The position numbers were made by a program, and so were the translations under genes. Shown piece after piece: positions 39,150-64,000 of a stretch of 64,000 nt of DNA. The notes under the pieces are model-generated. The model did no database searches, was not told where the DNA came from, and saw only the letters and a program-made list of their open reading frames with translations. Position 1 is the first letter of the stretch. Each line of letters starts with the position of its first letter. Source of the stretch: the human T2T-CHM13v2.0 reference genome, Homo sapiens; the NCBI RefSeq assembly GCF_009914755.1, contig NC_060934.1. One strand, given 5' to 3'.

Positions 39150-39938
39150 TGATCCACCCGCCTCAGCCTCCCAAAGTGCTGGGATTACAGGTGTGAGTCA
39201 CCACACCTAGTCTGTGTCCTGTTTTAATATAGCCTCATAGAGGAGCTACCAAATATTCTTTTAGCTTCATGTCTGGTCTTAGTAAAGGTTTTAAATGTCT
39301 AGTTTTGGTAGCCATGGATGAATAGACACCATTAGGCTAAGGAACAAACTGACTGAATGAGAATTAGGCCCATAAACCTAATAATTCCAGCATAACAGCC
39401 ATGTTTGCTGTAACACCACCAGAATTAATATCTGTGTGTAAAATTTATAAATGTATGGCAGATAATGTCAAGTGTAAAAGATAAGGTTAGGGCTAAACTT
39501 TTCTAATTTAATAAGAATATATATAATCCAGTTAAAATGTAATTTATGTTTCCAGGCAAATATAACAGTCTGATTTACTGTTACATTTTTCTAGAAATAA
39601 TCAGAAATACAGATAGGGCTGGGCGCGGTGGCTCACGCCTGTAATCCTAGCACTTTGGGAGGCCGAGGCAGGCAGATCACCTGAGGTCAGGAGTTCAAGA
39701 CTAGCCTGGCCAAAGTGGTGATACCTCGTCTGTACTAAAAATACAAAAATTAGCTGGTCATGGTGGCGTGCACCTGTAATCCCAGCTACTAGGGAGGCCA
39801 AGGCAGGAGAATTCTTGAACCTGGGAGGTGGAGGTTGCAGTGAGCCAAGATCATACCACTGCACTCCAGCCTGAGCAACAGAGTGAGACTGTCTCAAAAA
39901 AAATAAAATAAAATAAAGAGGCCGGGCATGCTGGCTCA

Positions 39939-40575
<637 letters not shown>

Positions 40576-41556
40576 TTATATACATGTACAGACAAACACC
40601 CAAAGCTGGATAATAAAACTGGAGTTCAGCAAGGATTAGTGACTTCTGTAACACAGCAAGGAAGTGAGGTCTGATACTTACAATTTAGTTCTCTTTGCTT
40701 GAAAGCCTGTGCCCTTTTCATCCTGACAGTGTTATTGGGATGATGGAATTGTGGGCAGCTTTTATTTTCTTTTTTCCTTTCTAAATATTCTAAATATTGT
40801 ATGAGTGTGTATCAGTTTTATAATATTTTTTAAAAATTGAAATGTTACCTACAAAAACTTTCAAGGCTATATGGATTATGTGGGTTCTTTCACAACACTA
40901 ATAAAAATAGAGTAAAACTGTGGTTCAGTATCTACTTAAGACAGGGTTTTTAAAGTTTTAAGGTATATAAGTGTATTATGACAGGTAGCTATAAAGGCGT
41001 ATAAGTGTATTATTATTTAAGGTGTATAAGTGTATTATGAAAGAGGTATATTATGACAGGTAGCTATAAAGAAATCGGTTTTTTGATAGGAGGCTGCCAA
41101 AGAAAGAATCTCACATTTCCATTCCGTGTACAGGATGTTTCCATTTCAACCTTTGGGTCCCACAGTGTGACACAGCAAGCCCCACGCCAGGGAACCAGCA
41201 CAGGTTGTGGAGCGACAGAGCCTGCATTCTGAGTCTCAGGCCCACTTCCAGCTGTCCCCTTAGTCACATCACCTCACCTTTCAGAACTCTGGTTTCTTTG
41301 CATCTATAATGGAAACAGTAATAATAACGATAATTATAACACTTCAGAAATTTGTCATGGCCTTAAATGAATTAATGTGTAGGGAAATACCTTGTAAATT
41401 ATCAAGTACTATGCAATTGTAAAATAATTAATAGTGACAGTCAGCTTCATTGCCTCACTGCTATTTTCCAGAACATTCAGGTTGGCCGTGTTATACATTG
41501 AGATGAAAAGCTGTGAGAATCTAGAAAGTGTTAGAATATTCTTTGTTTTCATCCAG

Positions 41557-42026
41557 GATTGCAGCAGGCAGTGTTAAGCAGACAGATGCCGTCTGAAAGC
41601 TTGGACCCAGCGTTCAGTCCTCGGATGCCGTCCTCTGGGTTTGCAGCTGAAGGCAGAAGTACACTTGGAGATGCAGAGGCCTCGGATCCTCCTCCCCCTT
41701 ACTCTGATTTTCACCCAAACAATCAAGAAAGTACTTTGAGCCACTCTCGCATGGAAAGGAGTGTCTTTATGCCTCGACCTCAAGCTGTGGGCTCTTCCAA
41801 TTATGCTTCCACCAGTGCCGGACTGAAGTATCCTGGAAGTGGGGCTGACCTTCCTCCTCCCCAAAGAGCAGCTGGAGACAGTGGTGAGGATTCAGACGAC
41901 AGTGATTATGAAAATTTGATTGACCCTACAGAGCCTTCTAATAGTGAATACTCACATTCAAAGGATTCTCGACCCATGGCACATCCCGACGAGGACCCCA
42001 GGAACACTCAGACCTCCCAGATTTAA
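41557..42026 (+). CDS. ABRAXAS2: ABRAXAS2 exon 9 coding part: disordered C-terminal tail ending TQTSQI-stop. Product: BRISC complex subunit Abraxas 2, 415 aa
   Basis: Acceptor atccag|GA; TAA at 42024-42026. The nine exons sum to 72+91+37+67+191+120+85+115+470 = 1248 nt with a continuous reading frame. Confidence 0.97.
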
Positions 42027-43722
42027 CTAAACAAAAGAAACTCTCCACCTAGCACTGTTTTTCTTCATTGCTTACTGAGAGGGTTTTTGAGAACTTAATC
42101 TGGGGGGAGAACTGCTTTCTCAGATACCTTAACTCCCGAGAAGAGAGTCCTTGTGCACAGAACTTGTGGGAGCCTCCATCCGCTGCTCTTTACCTTTGGA
42201 TACAGTGTGCAAGTTTCATGACAGAATCATTAAGATAATCAAATTGTCCTAATTCTGGTGCGATTCATGGATATACTGGTAAATTTAGGCAAAGTGAAAC
42301 TTATCAGCGTAGTTTCTGTTCTTTAAAATAAATTGGAAATTAGAGACTAAGCACAATTAGTCTATAAATGTTCTATAAATCAAAAACTTACCTCTTGCAC
42401 TATCATGCCTTGAAATTTACTTTTTCAAAGGGAAACAAGTTTAGCAGCAGCCTTCAAAGAACTTCTTTCTATGATGAGCCAAATTCATCTTTGCCAGAAA
42501 AGAAATTTTGATAATTCCAAGAAGCCTGATTAGAACAAATCAGATATACCTTCTCTTGTCTGCATGACTTTGTGAGATAAAAGAGAGGGCTTCCAACTTT
42601 TTTCTACTAGCTTGATATGTATTATCACTTAAAATGGTTGCCTTTAAAAAAAAAAAGTAGAGATACTAATTACCAGTAAGTAATCATCCAAATAAATACG
42701 TCATAAAATAAATTAATTATTTTTTCTTTGATGGATTACAGTGACTACTGTGTTGCACTGGCACATTTATGGTCTCTGTTCTGGAATCTTGGAGGACACA
42801 CAGCAGTGGAGAACAGAAGGAGTGAGTTTTATAATGAACAGATTCCAGACACGGTAGGTTTAGCTGAGTTCATACAGAGGAGATATAACTCATTTAGATC
42901 TTCTGACAAATCCTAGTGTTAGTTTTATCTGTGGAGGAAAGACATTTAATAATAAACTGTTTGGGAATCTTGGTGAATAAAGATTCATTTTCAAGCTGAA
43001 TAACCATACTTATTTTATTTTAAGTTGCCATTTGGGGAATAATTGCAGTATGTGTAGAGACTCTCTTGGGATGCACTTATATTTTTATTTAATGACTACT
43101 TGTTTTCTAGTTTTGCCCACAACGTCTGAAACCACTAAGACATTCAGGAGCATGTTGAGCTTCTGGTTTGGAAACAGCAAGACCCACCATTTATGACAAG
43201 GACAGCCATGAGGTTAATACTTGGAGTTTAACTGCCTTCCCTTTGAACTAGTTAAAATCTGTAAGAATAAGGAAGTTGTTGAAGGCTTAAAATCTGGGTT
43301 CTGAAAAAGTAGTTTCAGTTTATAGGATACACATTTACTCACTGAGCTCCAGTTCCAATACTAAATTAGACAGTATCATATAGACGGAAAATGAAATGCT
43401 AGAACTGCCGTTCTTTGGATCGCCACTCTATGGGGGTCTGTCTTTTAACTACTCTCCTGGTTATGTTGGCCTTACACCACTGCCATTTGATTTAAAACGC
43501 TGCAGACACTTTATCTGCAAATGTGTTCCAGTTGTTATCAGCTACCTACTACGCAGCTTCAGCGCCAGTGTGAATTTATTTTTTTTTAAGTGCCATTACC
43601 GTCTCCTCTGTTCAGATTTTGACATTCAGGAAAATATTTTTATTTTGATGCCATACTGAAATCTACAATGTATATCTGACAAAGCAGTTAAATGTGACAA
43701 TAAAAAACTTATTTAATCATGG
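42027..43722 (+). other. ABRAXAS2: ABRAXAS2 3' UTR (end approximate)
   Basis: AT-rich sequence without recognisable repeats after the stop, ending near AATAAA at 43699 with a T/GT-rich tract downstream. Confidence 0.75.
43699..43704 (+). terminator. Probable main polyadenylation signal AATAAA
   Basis: AATAAA with an upstream TGTA element (~43669) and downstream ttgttttaatgtctgtct. Proximal AATAAA hexamers also occur at 42327, 42691, 42707, 42951 and 42976. Confidence 0.7.
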
Positions 43723-45147
43723 TACCATTGTTTTAATGTCTGTCTCAGCACCGGACAAGGCCTTGCCTCAGTGTACTCATTCTGGCAATTCATCATGGAC
43801 TGAAAAGAGCTTTTTAAAGGGCATTAAAACTCATCTTCATACAAAGTTTTTGTCAGGCTGGTTTCAGGAGACATCCAGGAACACAACTTGCTAAAATGTT
43901 TCTGTGATTTTCAGGAGTTTCTGTTTCCAAAATATTTCTGTTGATTTCATGTTACCTACAGAACTAAGTATCAATTGTGTATAAAATTGAATCTTGGAGA
44001 GGTCCCCAAAAGGCATCTTCCACAGAGGAACTGATCTTGTTTAAAGTGACTCCTCAGCCTGGATTCCCTAACAGTAGAGATACTGTAGAACTTGCTGCCT
44101 GAGAGCATCTTAGGAATTGTGGGATCACTTTAGAACAAGGGTCAGCTGGCTAACAGGTGTATTCTGGATTCTGAGGGAGCCATTCCCGCTGAGTGATGTC
44201 TCTCTTCCAAAATGCAAGGGGAGAGTGTTTTCAGCAGGGTTTTAACGTGTGAATTACAGCCTTTTAGGATCCTACTCAACATCTCTAAGAATTTGGAGAA
44301 AAGGAGACTGGATTCTTTTTACTTACTTCAAAGCCTGGAAATGCCTGATTACATGTTGTAATTGGTTTTTCTGGAGTAAAATCAAAGCAGAAATCTCATA
44401 CCCAAATATTCAGGATACGTATTTTTTTAATTGCAGACACAGTGGGGCATTGACCATAACTGCTTTAACAAAAATATTTAAATTGTCTTATAAGCCTATG
44501 TTTTAAGGAGATAAAAATAATCTGGGATGATGTAAAATAAGAATACAGTGGAACTAACTAATGGTTATTAACTGTGTTCTGGGTCTGACTTGCCTTGGCT
44601 GTAGGTTTCATTTCAGTTACTGAAAGATCTTCCTTTTTTCATTAGGATCTGCTTCATCCTTTCCCATAGCAAACCTGAATTCCACCAGACAGGCAGGAAG
44701 CCTGAAGGCAAATGGATTCGTAAATGTGGTGCCAATAAATAATGGAAAATGTTTACTTTTCAACTTTATGACAAATAGATTTTGGAAAAGTTCTGGGATT
44801 TAGATCAGCTGTCTTACTTTTATACAGCGATTTTTGTAATGTCCTAAATAAGGCGAGTCAGGACATAGAGTACCTCCAAACTGGGTTACTCTGGGGTTCT
44901 TCTGATCCCTAGAGATTGGGGGAGGACTACCTTCTAGCAATGAGGCTTTGAAACATCTGCAAGCAAATGTCCCTCTGGATGCCAGATGTGACATGTGGTC
45001 CAGAATGTAGTGCTTAACAAAAGAAAGCTCATTGCAGCATATTTCTAATAGCAAAAACCTGGAAGTGACATTAATGCTAATGTAGGGGAATGGTTAAATT
45101 TTGATACACTCCAGAAGAAATAGTGTTTGCAGCCATTAACAATATTA

Positions 45148-45285
<138 letters not shown>

Positions 45286-45303
45286 TCAAACAAAGCAAGG
45301 TCA

Positions 45304-45847
<544 letters not shown>

Positions 45848-46276
45848 CTACATGAGTTATTTCATGCATACCACCTTAGAGGAGATTCTAGAAACATTCT
45901 CGATTCTCTGGGTTTCTTTACCACGCTTGAATTTTTCAGATCTGTGGCCAGTATAAGATAAACCTTGTTGATGCTCGTCTCTTCCCTGCAGTCAACCTTT
46001 ATCTCATTTCCAGATAAAAATCACATTTTGTTTTGCCTTGACACTGATTTTTTTTTTCTAATAAATCTGGAGCCTGTTCGACTTTACTTAGTTCAGAATC
46101 CATTTCCTAAATTTCCAGGAAACACTTAAAAAATAACTTCAGAGACTGAAGGTAATTCAAAACTGGAGCAATTATTTATATTTTTCTTAAGGCAAAAGTG
46201 TGTCTACTGTAACATGGATGTTTTGAGTCTTAAAATGTAAGGCAGCTTTCCTTGATCCTGCAGATACTCTCTTTAG

Positions 46277-46402
<126 letters not shown>

Positions 46403-46853
46403 TGAGTAGCTGGGACTACAGGTGTGTGCCACCACACCCAGCTAATTTTTGTATTTTTAGTAGAGACGGTGTTTCAATATGTTGGCCAGGCTGGTCTTGA
46501 ACTCCTGACCTCAGATGATCTGCCCGCCTCGGCCTCCCAGAGTGCCAGGATTACAGGCATGAGCCACCGCACCCGGTCTGTTTGAAAGATTGTGTCATGC
46601 TTGCTGTAATGCTGGACAATGCCTTTCCTGCCGGGTGTTCCCTTAGGTTGTATTAAGTATTAGGAGATGTAGACCCTTGTTAGTCCAGTGCACATACAAA
46701 CAAGTCTGGGAGGTGTTTTATTGCAAAGTAAATCTATACTTGTTTGGGACATTCGTTGTGACCAATCAGTTGTGGGCTCTGCTTGGTAGAGGGTGGGGCC
46801 ATTTGGTCTCAACTGATTTGAAGCATGATTTATCTGTACTAGAATGTGTATCA

Positions 46854-47325
<472 letters not shown>

Positions 47326-47359
47326 TTAAAGAGTTCTTCATCTTCTCAATCTGTCATGA

Positions 47360-47741
<382 letters not shown>

Positions 47742-48120
47742 TGAGATAGTAAAAGAACCACAATTTTTTCCTTCCTCACTTTCAAGGGTTATCAACTATT
47801 TGACACCCTTGTTGAATCAACCCCCTTTCTGTTAAAAAGTTATTGCTATCCTCTTTTAATTTTTAATTTGTTTATTTGTTTTGTTTTATTTTGTTTTTGA
47901 GACAGGGTTTTGCTCTATTACCCAGGCTACAGTGCAGTAGTGCCATCATAGCTCACTGCAGCCTCAAATTCCTGGGCTCAAGCAATCCTCCTGCTTCAGC
48001 CTCCTGAGGACCACAGGCATGTGCCACCATGCCCAGCTAAGTTTTTTTTAAGAGATGGGGTCTCATTATGTTGCCCACACTGGTCTTGAACTCATAGCCT
48101 CAAGTGATCCTCCCATCTCA

Positions 48121-48480
<360 letters not shown>

Positions 48481-49295
48481 TCAAAAAAAAATTTTTTTTT
48501 TTTAATAAAAAGAAAGAAACAGCGCCCTGAATTGGCCTCAACTTCGAAAAATCTGGAAAAAACATGGGACCTTTGGGGAAATGATTGTGAGTTTTCTTAG
48601 GCATAATAGTGGTATGGATATGTGAGAGAGTCTCTTGATTTTTTTTTTTTTTTAGACAGAGTCTCGCGACAGCCAGGCTGGAGCGCAATGGCACCATCTT
48701 GGCTCACTGCAACCTCTGACTCCCTGGTTCAAGTGGTTCTCCTGCCTCAGCCTCCTGAGTAGCTGGGATTACAGGCACGCACCACCACACCCTGCTAATT
48801 TTTGTATTATTGGTAGAGACAGGGTTTCACTATTTTGGCCAGGATGGTCTCAACCTCCTGACCTCGCGATCCACCTGCCTCGGCCTCCCAAAGTCCTGGG
48901 ATTACAGGCGTGAGCCACCGCGCCCGGCCGAGAATCTCCTGCTTTTAAAGAAACACAGGCTGTATGTTTAAGGGTGAAAACTCATGATGTCTGAAGCTCA
49001 TATTCAAATGGCTCAAAAAACACACATGTACAGAGAAGGACAATCATGGCACAGGTTAGACTGTTGAATGTAGCTCATGGGGATGTGAATGTCTGTGTCC
49101 TAGTTTTTCAACCTTTTTGTATGTTTGGAATTTTACATAATAAAAGTTGGGAAAAAGCAGAAGAAGGGCTGATAATTTCTACTCCACCATTCCATAGGCA
49201 GAATGATAATAAAAATGTTCAATGACTGGTATGGAATATAATTATGCTAGAAATAATAAAATTGATATATGTTCTTTTACTCTTGAAATAAACTA

Positions 49296-49745
<450 letters not shown>

Positions 49746-49749
49746 TCAG

Positions 49750-52125
<2,376 letters not shown>

Positions 52126-52479
52126 TTTTGTGGTTCATGCCTGTAAATTAGCCAAGCGTGGTGGCGGGCGCCTGTAGTACCAGCTACTCCGGAGGCTGAG
52201 GTAGGAGAATGGCGTGAACCCGGAGGCAGAGCTTGCAGTGAACCGAGATCGTGCCACTGCACTCCAGCCTGGGTGACAGAGCGAGACTCTGTCTCAAAAA
52301 AAAAAAATCTTAAATTTTGGCTAGGTATGTTGGTTAATGCCTGTTATCCCAGGCCGGCCTGGCTAATTAAAAAAAAAAAAATTTAGGCTGGGCGCGGTGG
52401 CTCACGCCTGTAATCCCAGCACTTTGGGAGGCTGAGGCAGGTGGATCACAAGGTCAGGAGATCGAGACCATCCTGGCTA

Positions 52480-52743
<264 letters not shown>

Positions 52744-53077
52744 TCAAGCGATCTGCCCACCTCAGCCTCCCAAAGTGCTGGGATTACGGGTGTGAGCCAC
52801 CGCATTCAGCCCATGCCACAGTTTTCCTCCGGTTTCACAACTGCATGGTATTGACTGAGGGGTTCCAAGCTCCTGGGTGCATGGACATGTTCGTGTGCAT
52901 CGATGACCTGGGCGACTCTGTGGTCCTGCCTGGCCGTCAGCAGCATGGACGCATGGCCGCCATCCTCATCCTCATTCTCCAGTTGACATTTCTAAAAATG
53001 ACCTCCGGTGATGAAGTCCATGGGACCAGCAGCATTTTGAAAGTAAGGATGAGTTTCTTGGACAGTAGCCACTCGTG

Positions 53078-53170
53078 AGGGTGACCAACTGTCTTGGTTT
53101 GCCAGGATCCTCCTGGTTTTAGCATTGACATCTCCAGGTCCTGGAAACTCCTCTAGATGGTTGGTCACCT
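53078..53170. mobile_element. MER81 (hAT-Blackjack MITE)
   Basis: Terminal inverted repeats agggtgaccaac / gttggtcacct; internal ggttttagcattga..cctggaaactcctc. Confidence 0.8.
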
Positions 53171-54927
53171 GACCTCTGTGTAAACTGAATCCAAGGATCC
53201 AAATCAAATGGTATTAAGGGAATGGTGGTTTTGTAGGACGCCGTCCACCCTGCTATAGTAGCTTGTTTTTCCCCCGGGAGACATTGGCAAAGCCTTGTAG
53301 CATCCTGGGCCATCCAGGCCAGTACAACTCTATGTTCAATGTAATCACTTACAGGCTTTACAGACGAGAAGAACTGAACACTCCTGGATGAACAGCGACT
53401 GTGGCTTAAAGAAGAACCACAGGGGAGAAATCCACTGGGAGGGTGTGGCAGGAGGCGAGGAAACCAGAGCTGGCCTCCTCAAAATGCCTTAAGCCAGTGT
53501 GTCCTCCAAGTAATGGGGGCCATCCCTCCTGCCACGGGGTGTTCTGTAAGAGCAGACTTCCCATCCTCTTTCCTTTCAGAGCGGAGGGACTATCTCTGCT
53601 CCCCACCACTTCCCCAGGCCATCAGCTTTGGTCCAGCTGGAAGGATTGATTCCCTGTCCATTCAGCCCTGGCTTCTCTCCTGAGCCCCTTTTCCCCAAGC
53701 ACACCTCTGTCCCGGGGAAACACCAAGATTCTCTGTACACACTCACTCGCTGTCCAGTGGTGATGGAGACCCGCATTCTGGTGTGGTGACCTCAGGAGAT
53801 TCCTGGCCCTCCATCCCAGGTCTGGGAAGTAGCTTACAACAGTGGGCTTTGGAGTCAGACTCACCTGGGGCTTGAATTTCAGCCCTGCCATTTCCATAAC
53901 TGTGTGCCCTGGGCAAGTTACTCAACCTTTCTGAGCCTCATCTATAGGTACAGTAAATATGGATGGATGGTAATACTTTTTTCGTAGGATATTGAAGGAT
54001 TATGTGAGTTAGAGTGTAGAAGCCTTAAAACAAGCCTGGAAGACAATAAACTCTGATAAGTTGTGGCTACTGTTGTCTTGAACTAAGTCTTCTTCCAAGA
54101 GGCATTGTTTTATAGACCAGAGGTCAACTGGTGTTGTAAGCTTAGGACTGCTGTGCTCAGACCTTCTTTTCAGGTGGGGCCCCACGAAGGAGGCTGGGGA
54201 TCATTGTGGGAAACACGGGGGGATCAGGCCACCTCTTCCTCATTTTATCTGTTGATTAGATTGGGCTTTGGGCAAACTTTGCTCAGAAAAATTTTATTTT
54301 ATTTTTTTGCGACGGAGTTTCGCTCTTTCACCCAGGCTGGAGTGAAGTGGCGTGATCTTGGCTCACTGCCACCTCTGCCCCCTGGGTTCAAGTGATTCTC
54401 CTGCCTCAGCCTCCTGAGTAGCTGGGACTACAGGCACCTGCCACCACACCCAGCTACTTTTTGTGTTTTTGGTAGAGACGGGGTTTCACCATGTTGGCCA
54501 GACTGGTCTCGAACTCCTGACCTCAGGTGATGCACCCGCCTCGGCCTCCCAAACTGCTAGGACTACAGGCTTGAGGCACTGCGCCCAGCCCAGAAAAATT
54601 TTAAAAGGTCATATAACCACATGGCCGGGTGTGGTGGCTCATGCCTGTAATCCCAGCACTTTGGGAGGCCGAGGCGGGCAGAACACTTGTGGTCAGGAGT
54701 TTGAGACTAACCTGGCCAACATGGTGAAACCCCATCTCTACCAAAAATATAAAAAATTAGCTGGGCGTGGTGGCAAGTGCCTGTAATCCCACCTACTCAG
54801 GAGGCTGAGGCAGGAGAATCACTTGAATCTGGGAGGCGGAGGTTGCAGTAAGCAGAGATCACACCACAGCACTCCAGCCTGGGTGACAAAGGGAGATTCT
54901 GTCTCAAAAAAAAAAAAAAAAAAAAGG

Positions 54928-56000
<1,073 letters not shown>

Positions 56001-56904
56001 ATAGGATGCTGACCCCTCATTTCACAAAGAGGGAACAACCGAGGCAAGAGTAGCATGATGATGGGCCCAAGGTCACAAAGCCACTGAAAGACCCAGAGCC
56101 CAGGCCTCCTGCCTCCTCTTACAGCTGTGTCTGCTCCAGACCATGACGGGCTTGGAGAATGTCAGCACAGGAAAGGATAGTAGAGATCCTCTCCGGCAAC
56201 ATTTGTCCCAGATTGAAATAAACAAAGGACAGGCTGGAGCATTTGCTCTGGGCCCCACGGGGCTTGGCATCCTGCTCAGGAAGCGTGGCTGTCCTCAGCC
56301 CAGCCTGGGATGCTCTTCACAGTGTCCTGGCACCTTGGATGCAGACAGGCCAGAGCGGGAAGCATAAGGGGAGCTCGCCTGGGGCAGCTGCAATCTCGGT
56401 GACCCTTGTCCTGACAAGCACACTCCTCCCCCTGCTCAGGACGTGACAGGGAAGGCTGCATCAAGCAGAAGCCAACCTCATTTCTGCAGCTCATCCACAC
56501 CTTCCACTTGCTCAGTCCTCGGCCTGCCTGCTCAGAGGTACCCAGGTGGAGGATCAAATTAATCCCCTTCTTCATCCGGAGGCTGGCATTCAAATCTCCA
56601 CCCACCCAGGGAGAGTGGGCACAGAGTTATGGGCGAGGCTGAGTGACATCCAAGCCCTCAGGAGAAAGAGGATGGCGAGAGAGAGCCCTGGCACCTTGCT
56701 CTAGCCATCTGCTGCCGACCCGGCCTGAGTGCACTGTGCCTGAGCAGACGCTGGGAGAGGGTGCTCCAGGCACCTGGAGAGCAGGTGGGACTCATGTGCA
56801 GCCCCGTTTTGTTAGCATCTTCTCTCCCTCCTTCACTCTTTCTCTCTGTTCTCCAACCCTCCCTCTCTCCCCACCCCTTCACTCCCCTTCTCTTTTGTTC
56901 GAGT

Positions 56905-64000
<7,096 letters not shown>

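Overview
Human (primate) genomic DNA, very rich in Alus. It contains the whole ABRAXAS2 (FAM175B/ABRO1/KIAA0157) gene on the + strand: a CpG-island promoter at ~8.6-9.4 kb, nine coding exons (8885-42026) that splice through GT-AG introns to 1248 nt (415 aa + stop), and a ~1.7 kb 3' UTR. The rest is intron and intergenic DNA made of many dozens of Alus, old L1/L2/MIR pieces, hAT and Tigger MITEs, a solo HERV-H LTR7 about 1 kb upstream of the start codon, a young AluYb insertion and a Y1 RNA retrocopy. Most ORFs in the supplied track are Alu or L1 translation artefacts. I find no evidence of a new multi-gene system. The least obvious signals are (i) a decayed, Alu-interrupted hAT transposase at ~49.7-52.1 kb (- strand) resembling the KIAA1586 type, which the ORF track misses, (ii) a templated insertion inside an L1 copied from unique sequence 2.4 kb away, (iii) a promoter with inverted ZNF143 sites, an ETS site and a TISU-like start, and (iv) a candidate in-frame Alu exon in the last intron. 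Repeat family names and protein comparisons come from recalled consensus sequences, not from searches.
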